64,000 nucleotides of DNA from the human T2T-CHM13v2.0 reference genome, Homo sapiens. The position numbers were made by a program, and so were the translations under genes. Within the stretch, counting starts at the first letter, position 1; each line of letters begins with the position of its first letter. Shown here one piece after another: positions 27,165-43,660 of this stretch. The notes under the pieces are model-generated. The model was not told the DNA's origin, ran no database searches, and saw nothing but the letters and a program-made list of their open reading frames with translations. The stretch lies in NCBI RefSeq assembly GCF_009914755.1, contig NC_060943.1; one strand, given 5' to 3'.

Positions 27165-27732
27165 GTGGATTTCCATTGCTTTTTCCTGCCCAGCATCCAT
27201 TATTCCCACCTTTTGGAAATAAGATACTATTTTTTTCTGTCAGCTTGTATAGAGCGTGAGAGGCTGACCAACCTTCTGGATGTGGGTGTGGGTGCAGAAT
27301 GCAGGCCTGGCCAAGCTGCACTTCATTCTCCAGGACACAGTGATTGGCTCAGAGGCAGCAAGTGACCCAAGACCCCTCAGCCAGAACAATTACGGGTTCA
27401 TTTGCAGGACAGCTGACTGCCCTGGGCAAGGTGACTTTCCTTAATCGGGATTATTAAATGGCTAGGATATGAACTTGGAGCTGCTGGCTCTGACAAGAGG
27501 GAATTGAGCTTGAAATGGAGTCAACACAGGATAATAGAATCAGCAGATGGTGAACATAAGATTCCTGTAATGCTGAATGTAATGATGACCTCCTTGGAGA
27601 CCCTGGATCCAGCCTTGCCTGAAAGCCCTTTCTTGGACTTTTTAGTTAAGAGGGACAATATATGTCCTTTTTAGTTTAAAGCAATCCCAGTTGATTTTCT
27701 ACAGTTTTTCTCTGTGATTCCTGATTAATACA
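27165..27732 (+). mobile_element. Old MaLR LTR (MLT1K-like)
   Basis: cacagtgattggctcaga...tgacccaa; ccctggatccagccttgcctgaa; ends cctgattaataca. Confidence 0.7.
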
Positions 27733-27885
27733 CTTCCTTTGGGGAGAAAATGACACAGCACTTTATCCTCCTCTCATCTGGAGAATGTCCCTTCCTCAAA
27801 GGCTCTACTCTTCTCTCTTGCTCTTTTCTGTTTCTTCAGGACTCATGGGTGGACAGTGAGTTCCCTATCACTGAAAGAAGGTATG

Positions 27886-28241
27886 TGATATGGTTTGGCT
27901 CTGTCCCCACCCAAATCTCATCTTGAATTGTAGTTCCCATAATCCCCACATGTTGTGGGAGGGACCAGGTGGAGATAATCGAATCGTGGGTGCAGTTATC
28001 TCCACGCTGTTCTCATGAAAGTGAGTTTACATGAGATCTGATGGTTTTATAAAGGGTTTCCCCCTTCACTTGGCTCTCATTCTCTCTCCTGCCGCCCTGT
28101 GAAGAGGTGCTTCTGCCATGATTGTAAGTTTCCTGAGGCTCCCCGAGCCATGCAGAACTGTGAGTCAATTCAACCTCTTTCCTTTATAAATTACCCAGTC
28201 TTGGTTATTTCTTCATAGCAGCATGAGAACAGACTAATACA
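27886..28241 (+). mobile_element. THE1 (THE1C/D-like) solo LTR
   Basis: tgatatggtttggctctgtccccacccaaatctcatcttgaattg ... gaacagactaataca; TSD gtatg/gtatt. Confidence 0.95.
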
Positions 28242-28912
28242 GTATTTGATGATTTGTTGCCTACCTGGTGGCAATGTGGTGAAGGGAAAGGTGTTTAACT
28301 AAACTCTGCTTTTCCTTCCCCTCTAATCTAAGACCTTATATCAGTATCTAATGGGAACCTTCCCATCCGTCAAATGAGAGGGCGATGAACAATCCTAAAT
28401 GATGGGACACATTTGCTCTGTGTCAAGCACTGTGCTAAGTATTCCATATGTTCACTTCTTTAACCCCAAGGCGCTGAAGGGCAGGGGTTGCTGCCCACTC
28501 CTTGCCAAGATTTAACAGCTGCTGGAGGCTGTATGGCTTGGAGGCTGTGGTGATGTGCAGATCCCATGGTGTGAGTGCAGGCTCTTCACTGCTAGGTGAG
28601 TTACGGGACCTGGTGGGGCACTGGACTGGTGCGCACTCCTCTCCACTTCCTGTATGGATAGACACCTGCTATCTGTGCCTCTCCACCTCCTCTCCTTCCC
28701 TCTCTTTGGCTAAGACCTGGGCCTTGATGGGAGAAAACAGGTTCAGAGCAGTAGGACCTAGGGAGAGAAAACACGTGAGCATAAAATAGGAGTGGGAAGG
28801 AGAGGGCTGGTGGCTGGGGCAGTAGAGGGAGAGGTTCCCCTTTAGAGGTTGTGAGATGGAGGCCCTGGTGGGTCAGGGGTTGTGGGAGATGTGGAGGAGA
28901 AGAGATAGAGGA

Positions 28913-28915
<3 letters not shown>

Positions 28916-28943
<28 letters not shown>
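28916..28943. repeat. (GT)n microsatellite, about 14 units
   Basis: Pure gtgtgt run. Confidence 0.97.
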
Positions 28944-28946
<3 letters not shown>

Positions 28947-31900
28947 AGGTTGGGTTCCTTTTAATCACTTTTGGGAGAAGTTCAAGACTTTAAGTTATTA
29001 TTATTACTACTACTCTTTTTTATTTTTAGCCCAGATGGTGTGTCTCTATAGGGACTGGACCACACGAGTCAGGAAGACTCATATCAGAGTTTGATTGCGT
29101 ATTTCTCCATCTACCCACCCCCGACTCATCCATCATCCTCTCTCCCTCTCTCCTCCCTCCAGTTCATGGGAAGTTAGCATGAGCATTCTGCCAGCAGACT
29201 ATGGAGAACAGTGCAGGGGGGTGAAAATGAAGAGACAGTTAAGAGAGCAACACACGGGGCTAAGAGGCCAAGCTGATCTGCTGGGCCTTACACCTGGGTG
29301 TATCAGTGGAAGTGTGATGTGGACAGAGCACCCGAGCTTCTCTCCAGCTTAGGAGCAGTCCGCGTTGGGGGAAAGGGAGGGGGTTGTTTTTGTTGGCTTT
29401 GGCTGTCTCCCAGCCCATTAGGGATCAGGGTCTATGCTGTGTGCTGTGTGATGCTCTGAGGGCTGCCTTAGCTCCGGGTGAAAGAGGATATCTGTTAGTT
29501 TTGGAAGTACCAGTGTCAGGCAGCTGAGTGTTTTCGGCTTTCAAAGATGATGCCCTCTGTGCTCCTGGAGCCATTCTGCTAATGGAATGTGGGGCCTGTT
29601 CTGAGGGATTAAGCCAACCCTGTGGTCAGAGCCAGGGGTCACTGGGTGTTCTGTCTCCTGGAAGTGAAAGGAGGTGGTTTCACACCAATGATTAGGAAAG
29701 CAGTGAGCATCAGAGTGGGTCTGATTGCAGAAGCTCTGTGTTTGCAGGAGAATCCAGGCTCCTGGGGACCGGAGGTTAGTCCTGGCCATAAGTCTATCCT
29801 GGAAGGATAGACTTGAAGCAGGGGACAGTCACAGTCTAAATGGCTTTGGGGCACATGGTTGGTACTGGGTAAATACCTGCTGACTTGAATTAAAAGAGAG
29901 TTTTGTGATTTGACTCCTTAAAATAATGTTTAAATGACAGATGCCTCCAAGGCAAAGCAACAGAAGCTGAGATTATGAACAAGGTCCCAGCACCTGTGTC
30001 CTCTGTGACCGATGGTTCAGGTGTTGCTGCTACCAGGAAGTGATGGAGAGAGTATCTGGGCTGCTCTGGGTAAATCCCATCCTTTCTCTGGGCCTCCTCT
30101 TTCTGATCTGTAGAATGAGATAATAAGAGTATCTCCCTTACGGGGCCATTAGGAGAAGTGCGTCATGGCCGAGGGCACTGCATGGCCCCTGCTAAGCTGG
30201 CAGGTGTGGCCCGGGTCTCCTGCTTCCAGTTCTGAGAATTCCAACTCTGAGGCTGCTTGCCTAACAAAAGCTTGTGTCCCGGCTTGCACAGAATCACATT
30301 GAGGGTTCCACTTTGTTCCTAATGAGGTAAATATAACAGCAGGTTCCAGTGAAACAATTTGTATGCCCATTTGAAGCAAGACTTCAGCTCTGCCATGCTC
30401 ATTTCCAATACATTTGTTACTCTTACCTATTCAATAGCATTCAGATCATTCAATGTCTAATGGAAACCTTCAGTCTCCCTACCCTGTCCTGTTCTTACTT
30501 CTTTTACCCTAATTCAATTTTCTCTGTTTCATCTTCCCTGATGTTTCAGAAACATCATGATTCAGGCCACACACACATAAGGAGCATCCATCAGGGCTAT
30601 GACCCCTCCAGCCCTCACGAAGGTGCTATATGGTTCCCAGCAGTGGGGGAGACAGGCACACTGTTACCAGGTTGCCCTGCGTGAGCCAGTGAGACACGGG
30701 TGCTGATGGCCATGAGGTGGACCGCCAGGACCCAGGTCCCACTCTGGAAGCCAGGTTCATCGGCTCTTCACTCTTACTGCTGGGAACTGCACGGGGCCTT
30801 GGGAAGCCCTCTTTTTCCTTCTGACCACCGGAGGGCAGAAAACTTGCAGGGCTGAGCTGTCCATGGTGTCACAGGCTCTGTCCACTGAGACCAGGTGTGA
30901 GAACAAGAAATGGACACTATCTAAAAGGGAGGGAGTGGGAATGTTCTGTGTGTACACACAGGAGCCCTGGAGGAGCTCGGTCCATGCCTGGCTGGGGTAA
31001 CCCGGGTAGGCAGTCTGGAGGAGAGGGCTTGAGCTCGTGTTGACCAATGGATAAGAGTTCTACAGGCAAGCACAAGGAAGGGAGGACAATTGAAAGAGGG
31101 ACAGCAGGACCAGAGGCATGGAGGTGCACTGTGCATGGTGTTATTGTGAAGAAGAGGTGGAAAGGAGAGCATCCAGGTGGCCCCCATGCACCAGGGGCTG
31201 GGACAGTTTCAAGGCAATTGCTGAAATCTCACGATAGTCCTGAGAGTGGGTGTTTTGCATGTGACGACCATGAAGCTCAGAAAGGTAAACCTATGGGCTG
31301 ATGTCCCCCAGCCGGACTCTTGAGCCCTGGGTGTCTGATTCCAAGGCCACACTCCTCCTATTGCACAGGTGTGCTTTCAACCAGACACTGCCTTCCCAAC
31401 TCCCCCTGGAGGGAAGGCTTGAGCGCTCTGGTTTACACAGGGCCCGCTGGATTTCTGTCAATAGGGAACGTGCCGTTGAAGTTGTACCAGACCTGGGAGA
31501 GCCTGCAGCCTCGCCTGCAAGCACAGCCTCCAATTACGCCAGTGCATCTCCTGCTCATCAATTCCCCTTGGTGGAGTAGGGCCATGTGTTCTTTGTTTGG
31601 ATCTAAATCCTGCTGCTCTATTGATTACTATAATTCAGCCCTAATTGGACTTCTGCAAAGCACAGGCACAGATGACAGCAGGCCTCCAGGCAGCGCAGCA
31701 TCCATTATTAATATGATGGTGTTGGCCTTTCCCCTGCACTCTGCCTTCACCTCGAGGAGTCTGGAAAACAGACCTCCCGAGCAACGTGCCTTCCCTGTGA
31801 AGTCATCTCCTCAAAATATTTGTTTCCTCTTGGAGAAGAGGTGTGCAAACCGCACAGCTAGCAAACAATGCTTTAATTGCCTTTCTGCCAGCCCAGGGAA

Positions 31901-34176
31901 ACAGTCTATGAGCCCCTCCTTCCAAGTTGGGGAGGACACTCAGACCCCCTCGCAAGGAAGGGACTGACCTTTGTGAGTAGCCAGGCTGCAGGAGAGCTGC
32001 AGGCAGACTCGGGGGCCAGCCTAAATTCAGAGAAGCCAGTGAGGCAGAGACCAGAATTTGTACCTGGCTGCCCATGAGAATGGCCCAAGCAGAAGGGTCA
32101 CATTGGGCCAAGCACTGGAGATGGCCAAGTGGCAGCAGAGAGTGGAGCTGTGTTCCGTGGGCTCAAGCAGAACAGATTCTCATTATTGGAACAGGCCTAG
32201 GTAGCCTTGCTACCTAACAAGAACTTGGGCACAAGTGAAGAGTTTCATAGCCTGCTGAGGAGTGAAATGTCAGCACATTTGTTCAGCTGACCGCAGTGAG
32301 CAGAGCGCCCAGGTGGCAGCTCTGGTTAGCGGACTCTGGCAAATGGTATGCCCTTCCAACATGGGATTGAGTATTTGTAGGATGTCAGAGATGGGAAGAG
32401 CTATGCAATCGTCTTGGCCAGCCACTCTGTTTATAGATGGGCAAGGTAAAGCTGAGATCAGAAAAGGAAGCTACCTGGGGTCATGCTTTTCCATTCTCCA
32501 GACATTTGGTCTCCTTCCCTAATCGGGGGAAAGTCAGGTGACCACCACGGATCTGGTCAGACAGGGCCCAGGGCAGCTATATGAGCTGCTCAGATTCTGA
32601 GAGGACAGGTCAGGGCTGGGTGTAGACTGAGCCAAGCACCTAGCCTGGAGGTTGATTTTTCTAAAGCCAAGTCACTGACTCTTTGTGAACAGTGGCAGGC
32701 AGTCAAAGTCCACAGTGCACCCACACATCACTTAGATCATTCCACAAACCTTACTTGTGGGATTAGTCTGGCGGGCTGTGGGATAACTCCAGGCATGGCT
32801 GACAAAAACCCTGCCCTCCTGCTGCTTATGGGAAGACAGACTGTAAACAAGTCAGCAAACATACAGACAAGGGCTTCAGGTCACCCAAAGGCTGGAAAGC
32901 AATGGCACTGCACGGGGAACATGAGGAGGAGTGGCCGGAGGATGAGCTTTGCCCATCATTAACAGTGACATTTCCATTCCCTGGGCTGCCCCCTGCTGCC
33001 TAAGGGGCTCACTGCAGGGGCCTGCACTTGGCCCTTATTCTGCAAGTTGTTCTTTGTGGGAGAATGGAGTTGAGATCAGGCATGTCCTGCAGCAGTCTCC
33101 ACCCCTATCTAGCCAGCCACAGGAGTCTACCATTCCCTCTCCTGCTCTGCAAGTCCTAGAGTTTCTCTTGCAGTGGACACAGGTGTTCCTTAGGAGCACA
33201 GGCCATGCCAGGTGTTTCTGCCTGTCCTTAGTGCTTTAGGAACACCCTATGAGTGAAAACATGGTCATAGGGAAGGAACACAGTGCTGGGTGGAGATGGA
33301 GACTGACAGCTTTGTCTACCCAGCTCTACAAAACGCTGGGAATAGCTATCCCTGGGAACCTTACCAGGGGGCTGGGAGCTGGTGCATTCCCTACCAGAAC
33401 AGGCAGCCTCATTAGCTCCCATCTGTTCACACCCACCCCCCACCAGGAGACAGGACTGCTGTCTCCTACATCTACACGGCTGGGCCCCTGGCTGCTGCAG
33501 TGGGACCTGGTGGGAGCCGATGTCTTCTTTGCGCCTTTCTCCTCTTATACGTCTCTGTCCCCTCTCCTTCTGGAGAAGAAGGCTGCCAGGACCTGTGATC
33601 ACAGCCAAGGGGTCAGTCCCAATCTCAGGGCAAAAATGTGAGGACAGGCAGGAGTAGCCCTCCTTCCTGGGGAGCATAGGTGGGGTGGCATGCATGTAAA
33701 ATACATGACCCTTGCCTGTCTCTTCCGCATGTCTGCACCTTGCTTTCAGTCAACTTCCTTGTGTATCTTTGCACTGTGATCCCAACTGTTATGTTAGTAT
33801 GAAATCTCAATCACTTGTGGAGAAGATGAGCAACTGCCTCCTTCTAGTTGTGCTTTGTTGGGGAGGAACAGAGCTGAGGCCTGAGGGAGAGCAGGGAAAG
33901 AAGTAAGGGCCTTCTGCCAGTCTCATGGCACCTGAAACAAGCACCCTCACTCTACCACCAGCCACTCCTGCCGCCTGCTCCATCATCTTTCCATTCACCG
34001 TTGAAAGCCTCAGTCCTCCCTGTGTTTTATTTGCCTCTGTGTTTTATTTGCCTCTGTGTGCCTTGAAAAACAGAGCAGTCCGTGTACTACTGAGTGACTG
34101 TGAAGATCAGTGAGGGTAGGTAAAGCCCAAAGGACAATGCTGGCAGGTGAGTGCTGGTCAAGGTGGCCAACTCCCC

Positions 34177-36759
<2,583 letters not shown>

Positions 36760-39096
36760 TCCACTGCTATAGCAAGCACAGAATAAAAAGCTTTTGTTTA
36801 TTTCCACAGTCCTGGTTCATCCCTGCCCTGCTCCTCACCTAGAAAGATGAGCCCTAGAACAATGCCCATTCTTTCTCTTGCCTGCCATGCAATTCTCACC
36901 TCAGCAGGTAAGTGGGAGTCCCCAGTGGTGCCAGACCTCCTAGATGAGCCATCTGGAGATGGACATGCAACCTTCTGTGGACACACTGTAGAGTGCTGCA
37001 TGGCCTGAAACCCCCTGCCTGGGGAGGGCCAGGTTAGAATGCAGGACATAGGAAAAGGAAGAGGGTGGCAAGAAGAGGAGGGGCAGAACTTGAGTTTGAA
37101 AGGCCCAGGCGTGACACAGGGGTGGCATCTAACCCAGGCCTTGAAGGATGAATTAGAAAAAACTAAGGAAGGTTTGGGGCCAGTGGGAGTGAGGCATAAG
37201 ACAGACCAAAAGAAATGCACAGAGGCGGAAAATTCTGAAGGAAACATGACTATTTGTAGCTCAGAGCTATTCCTGCTTCCCTGTGGGACCCTGAATGCCG
37301 GTAGTTCAAAAGCACTTTCCAACGAATGCAGATTAAAAAGACTTAAACCTCTGTTTCCCTTTTCTCCATATACATAAAATGATAAACACCCCTGGGACGG
37401 CTAGGATTTATATAGGCAGATTTTTTGAAAGTTTGTCTTATATATCTGGACTATGGCTTATAAATCAAATTTGGTTCTCTTTGCTGGAGAGTAAATTATT
37501 TATCCAAGGCAGAGCACCAGGCGATAGAAGGAGAGGCACAGAGAAGACACTGTTTTCCAGAAGTCATTTATATTCCCCAAGATGAGGAAGTGTCGGGGGT
37601 GGAAGTTTCTGAGTTACAGATTCTGGCGTTCCTTCTTGATTCGTGTGCTCTCTGCTGGTAGCCATGGACTCCTGAAATTGGCTTTCTGTTGAAGACATCA
37701 TTTGTGGAATTCAAATCAGTGTTTTGCATTTGGGTCCAGCACCCTGGGTGGATGGCTGCCTGAATTGAGCAGTGAACATATTCAGCTGGGGAATAAGGGG
37801 ACCATCCTGCGAGTCCATCAGGCTGCACTGAGTTCAGCTCCACCATCACTCTCCCTGGGATATCAAGCACACTTAGAACCTCGCTGGGCTTCAGTCTCCT
37901 TATAGCTGGAGCCAGAGAGTAACATCTGCCCCTTGGGGTCTTTGCAGGGTTGAATGTGACTGCATCGCACACAGAGCAAGTAATAATAATAAGGGAGCTC
38001 AACCCCAATGCCCTACCTAAGAGTCATCCCAGTGGGAGTTGTCCAAATGTGCTCCAGGAGGCTTCCCTGCTCCAGAACCCCAAGGGAGGTCTGTGAGGAG
38101 GTGAAAAATGTCTACACTTTTAGTCAAATCTCTTAAGGAGAAAAACCACTGGTTTTATTTCTTTTCTCTTTTTGTCATTACAATTTCCAAGGATCGAGTG
38201 TGAGTGTTCATGTATGCAGGGCCACGATGCCATGCTGGGCTGGACCCAGGAGGTGCCTCTCTTTCTCTGTTATCACCAAGCACCACACAGAAATGTCCTT
38301 CCACCAGACAGGCACTCAGGAAGCATGGGCTGATAGATACACTTTAGGAATCCAGCAAAGAACTGTGAGATCTACACTCTAAAAATAGAACTATCTGCTC
38401 TCAAAATTTACTATGGGATGACATCCTGGGAGCTACCCATCACTGTCCCCATAAACCTAGTGCCCCAAGGTCCCATGAACTTCAGGTCACCAGAATTATT
38501 TTTCTCTGAATTTGACATTTAGGAGAAAGTAACGGCTGATAGGGAGCAGTGCTGGGTTCGCAAGGCCTGGAACATCCCTCCTGGGGGCTGCCTCTGCCCC
38601 ACAGACACCTCCCAGGTGGTCACCAGCTTCTGCAGCTGCCTCTTGCATGGGGTGGAGCCATGCTCAGAGCTAAAATACTCAGTCGCTGCTGGTCTTCAAA
38701 ATCCAAGGACAGTTCCGTTTTATTTAACAAACTAGATTTCCTGAGGCAGAAAGGTAGACTTGTCTTTTCCAGAAATAATGCTGAAAGTGTTAAAATAAAA
38801 ATAATTATTTGGAAGCCCAAGTTGATTCCAAAATTAATCTAAAATAATTCATTCCCTGAGCATTTTGGTTTATTGAGGTTTTACAGCCTCATGCACCAAG
38901 TATTTCCATAGTGCCACTGTGGGCTTAGCACTCCCACCACAACACCAGGCAGGCAGGGCGGGCCTGCGGAGGAGCATTTGCTATGTGCTCAGAGGTCTGG
39001 AAGGGTGGCTGTGACAGTGTGGAACCCAGGGACAGAGCTGTGCCCAGGATGAGGAAATGCAGAAGCACCTTCCAGCTGCGGAAGAGCAAGGGGAAA

Positions 39097-41176
39097 GCGG
39101 AGGGTTGAGCTGCATCCCCCACTAAAGACATGTGGAAGTCCTCACCCCAGTGCCTCCTGATGTGATCTGATTTGGAACAGAGTCTTTACAGAGATAAGTT
39201 AAAATGAAGTCATTAGGGTGGGCCCTAGTCCAATATCCATATAAAAAGGAGAAACGTGGACCCACAGATAGACACATACAGAGGGAAGAGAACACAAGGA
39301 CACGCAAGGGAGGAAGGCCATGGGAAGACAACACAAGGACATGCAGGGGGAGGACAGCCACAGGGAGATGATGTGAGGACTCACAGTGGGAGGATGGCCA
39401 TGGGAAGATGACATGAGGACACGCAGGGGGCAGATGGCCATGGGAAGAGGACATGAGGACATGCAGGGGGAGCGCAGGCACAGGAAGAAGGCACGAGGAC
39501 ATGCAGGGGATGATGGCCATGGGAAGATGACGTGAGGACACACGGGGAGAACAACCATGTGAAGAGGACATGAGGACATGTGGGGGAAGATGGCCAAAGG
39601 AATATGATATGAGGACACACGGGGAAGATGGCCACGGGAAGATGATGTGAGGATACATGGGGGAGGACAGCCACAGGAAGAGGACATGAGAACACACACA
39701 GGGACGATGGCCACAGGAAGAGGATATAAAGACATGGAGGGGGAGGATGGCCACGGGAAGACCACGTGAAGACATGCAGGAGGAGACAGCCATGTGAAGA
39801 CGATTTGAAGACATGCAGGGGAGATGGCCACAGGAAGATGATGTGAGGACACACGGGGGTGGGGGCATGGCCATGGGAAGACCACATGAGGACACACAAG
39901 GGGAGGATGTCTGCGGGAAGATGACATAAGGACACACAGGGGGAGGACATCCATGGGAAGATGACATGAGGGCACGTGGCGGAGGACGTCCATGGGAAGA
40001 TGACATGAGGACACGCAGGCAGAGGACGTCCATGGGAAGATGACATGAGGACACACAGAGGAAGGACGTCCGTGGGAAGATGACATGAGGACATGCAGGG
40101 GGAGGACATCCATGGGAAGATGATGTCAAGATATGCAGGGGGAGGATTGCCAAAGGAAGATATGATGTGAGGCCCTGCAGGGGGAAGATGTCCATGAGAA
40201 GACCACGTGAGGAAAAACGGGGAACACGTCCATGGGAAGACAATGTGATGACATGCAGTGGGAGGACAGCCAGGGAAGATGATGTTAGAACACACACAGG
40301 GACGATGGCCACAGGAAGAGGACATGAAGACCCACAGCGGGAAGACGGCCATGAGAAGACCATGTGAGGACGTGCAGGGGGAGGACAGCCACGTGAAGAC
40401 GATTTGAAGACACATATGGGGAGATGGCCATGGGAAGATATGTGAGGACACGCAGCAGTGGGGATGGCCATGGGAAGACCACATGAGGACACACAGTGGG
40501 AGGACATCCACGGGAAGATGACGTGAGAACACACAGGGGATGACATCCATGGGAAGATGATGTAAAGACACACAGGGGGAGGACGTCCATGGGAAGATGA
40601 TGTGAAGACATGCGTTGGGGGATGGCCACAGGAAGACTACATGAGGCCACACAGGGGGAAGACGTCCATGAGAAGATCACGTGAGGAAATAGAGGGGGAG
40701 ACAGTCATGGAAAGATGATGTGAGAACACGCAAGGGGATGACTTCCATGGGAAGAGATGATGTAAAGACACACGGGGGAGGAAGTCCATGGGAAGATGAT
40801 GTGAAGACATGCAGGGCCACAGGAAGATGACATGAGGCCACTCAGGGGGAAGGCGTCCATGAGAAGACCACATGAGGAAATAGAGGGGGAGATGGCCATG
40901 GGAAGGTGATGTGAGGACAAGCAGGAGGAGGATGTCCTTGGGAAGATGATGTGAAGACACACAGGGGATGGCCCTGTGACCCAGAAATGCCAAGGACTGC
41001 CGGCAACACCAGAAGCTGTAAGAGGCAAGGAGGGATTCTCCCCTAGAGCCAGCAGAGAGATGGCCAACCTTTTGAATTCAGACTTCTACCTCCAGGCCTG
41101 GGAGACCATCTGTTACAGCTGTTTTGGGCCACCAGTATTTGCCACTTTGTTATGACAGGCTCAGGAAACTAACGCA
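39097..41176 (+). mobile_element. MLT1C-like solo LTR inflated to ~2.1 kb by an internal tandem array
   Basis: 5' part gaagtcctcacccc...ttaaaatgaagtcattagggtgggccctagtccaatat; 3' part atgccaaggactgccggcaacaccagaagct...ctttgttatgacaggctcaggaaactaacgca. Confidence 0.88.
39281..40975. repeat. ~40-bp diverged minisatellite, about 42 copies
   Basis: Unit ~gggaagatgacatgaggacacacagggggaggacatccat. Confidence 0.96.
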
Positions 41177-41179
41177 AGG

Positions 41180-42115
41180 AGCATCTTAGCTTTTGTTCCT
41201 CCAGAAGCTCACCCAGAGAACAGGATGCACACACAGGTAGATTTGAGGGGCAGGACTCCAGGAAACACTGGTGGAGGAGAAGGGGAATGAGGCAAGGAAG
41301 GGATGGTAGCAGGCAGACGCTGTGCTGTCCAGCCAGGGGCCTCTGCAGACAATGACACTTAATGCCCATGGGGAAACTGGGAGTTAGTGTAGAACATGCA
41401 CTGCAGCTATCTGACTCAATGTTAGGGAGCTAGGGTATTTATACACCAATGTCCATGAGCTGAGGGCTGCTGTTACCAGGGCAGCCCTGATAAAAATAAC
41501 TGGGAAAGTTTATTTTTCGTATTGTTTTCCTTTATTCCTTCATTTACAGGCACAGCTACTTAAAGAAACCAGGGACTATGCCAGAACTTCTTGACCTCTG
41601 GCCAGGTACCAGAGGAAGATAAAACCTCACAAACTGGTGCAAACTGGAACAGAGGATCCCTGGTTGCCTTTAGATCATTAAGATATTATGGTGCTAAAAT
41701 TCCCTCCCTTAAAAAAAACTCTGCCATCTTTTATACATGTGATGTATGAAGATGTATGTGTATGAATTGCACCTGCCCATCTGGAATCTCGCATGCTCAA
41801 GTTCCTCTCCCAGCCTGTAACCAGTCTTTAAAAACCCCATGTGTCCTAGGCTTCAGGGAGAAGATGCATTTAGAATATCAGCTTGCCATCCCCATTTCTA
41901 GCCAGTGAACAGAAACTGGTTGCCTTTTCCAATTAGACTTTTTTTAAATGACCAATACAAAGTGGAAAAAGAACTCTGTTTACTGGTAACACTACTGCTT
42001 GAGGATAGGGGTGGTGTTAATTCTCTGGCACTTGGTGTAGGTAGCAAACTTGCTCTGGAGACCAGAGAAAGCCCTAGGAAGGGCCTGGGCTGGCAGGAAA
42101 GCCCTCAGGCAGGGC
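41180..42115 (-). mobile_element. ERVL-class LTR (LTR16/LTR33-like) split by a younger LTR
   Basis: ttcctccagaagc...ccaggaaacactggtggagg...gaggcaaggaaggga; agctagggtatttatacacca; resumes after 41991. Confidence 0.65.
41471..41991. mobile_element. ERV1-class solo LTR
   Basis: 9-bp inverted termini tgttaccag...ctggtaaca; 4-bp TSD ctgc/ctac. Confidence 0.7.
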
Positions 42116-43356
42116 CTGGGAGGCAGTAGGGACAAGAGGCATGGATGGACACTGACAGTGCTGCTTCAGGGAACATTGGGAAGGGGGAGAGAAAAAGGCA
42201 GGAAAGTTACCTGTGAAGCCAGACTGCCAAACTTGGATGTCAGGCTAGAGTCTGGACTTCATTCCTTAGACAGTAGGGAGGTGATAAAGGTTTCTGAGTG
42301 GAGGAATGACCAGATTAGAGCTCAGCTTTTGGAAAATGAATTTGGCAGGGAGAAGAAAAAACAGAACACTGACAGTTAATTGTGCTTGCCTGACAGTGCT
42401 CAGTGAGAAAGACAGGACTAAAGTGACATGGCAAGGAGGAGAAGGCAGTAGGAAATGCTGGCTAACTGCCCCATAAGCCACAGAGTCCTGGTTCATAGAC
42501 TGTCAAGGAAACTGAGGGTCAGGGTGTGGAGAAGGGTGGCTCCAGGGCACCTGGGATAAGCAGGTTTGGGAGAAGAACTGTCCACCATATCCTTCACTCC
42601 CTGTCCTGAGTCCACATTTCAGACCAAATGAGAAACATAAGCCACTGGGAATTGAGCAGATGGCTTTTCCAAAGCTTCCACAGTTTTCATTCCATCCAAA
42701 TCAAACGTGGATTGGAAGCCACAGGGTTTGTAAATGCCACTGTGCCATTTGAAGCTAGGATCTCGTTTGCCAACTTGCAGCCTGCACTTCAGATGCTTCA
42801 AAAGAGAGGGTTATCCACACTGACTTATAAATAAATGAAGAAACTAAATAATGCATTCCATCCTAATATGGCTCTCATTTCCTTGATGATTATGTAAAAA
42901 ATCACTAACCTAAATTGCCCAATAGATAGAAGACCCTCAAAAGGAAACCCGAGGGAGAACTGGCCTTTATCCATTCCATATAAATCACAGAGATGCTGCT
43001 TTTCCTCACATCTGAGGAGAGGGGCCTCCAGGCTGGGGCTGCACAGGGCGGTAGATGCTTCCTCCTCCTCAGCTTCCTGACTGCCTGAGAAGAGTCAGCC
43101 TCTGTGTAGGGGCTGGATCTGTCAGTTCCTGGGTTACCAACAAGCCCGGTGCTCAGGGAGGGAGTAGGGACAGTGGGTTCTCAGAAGCAGTTCTGAGAGA
43201 ATCCCGTTGTGGACTTAGCAGGCTCAGGCAAAAGAGAGGATTAACTCTGCTTGGGCCAAACCATGCGATGCATCTGCTTGCATTGGGAGGAAGATGGTCA
43301 CCAGGAGCTGGCAGGACTGTTGTTCAGAAAGCAATGCCCCAAAGATGCATTTACTC

Positions 43357-43596
43357 ATTCTACTGTCAAATAAAGGAAGGGCAGGAAGTTTTTCAGAGGG
43401 AAGGGAGCCTGAGGGTCCTCACTTCCCAAATGCCTGGCATTTACTCATTTCATCTTCACAGTGAGTCCTACTGCCACCACTGTAGATGAGAAAACTGAGT
43501 TTCAGAGGTGGAGCAAGCAGCCAACATAACACATTTGTTAAATAGCTGGGTTGGGACCTCATCTCTGGACTCCTACGCACACCCTCCATCCACACT
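43357..43596 (+). repeat. 240-bp local duplication, copy 1 (includes MIR remnant)
   Basis: Aligns without gaps to 51366-51605 (offset 8009), about 32 mismatches. Confidence 0.95.
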
Positions 43597-43660
43597 GTAA
43601 GCTGCTGGGGAGGAGGTTAACAGCACTTCCCACTCTGAAGTTGCCTTTAAAAAAATTATG

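Noticed and set aside
34020-34058. 17-bp tandem duplication ctgtgttttatttgcct (also catgggctgga repeats at 24422-24466)
   Set aside because: Ordinary short slippage duplications with no sign of function
39122-40652. 483, 423 and 304 aa ORFs as real genes
   Set aside because: They lie within an LTR-derived tandem array with a non-triplet period, overlap in different frames and show no domain or splice structure
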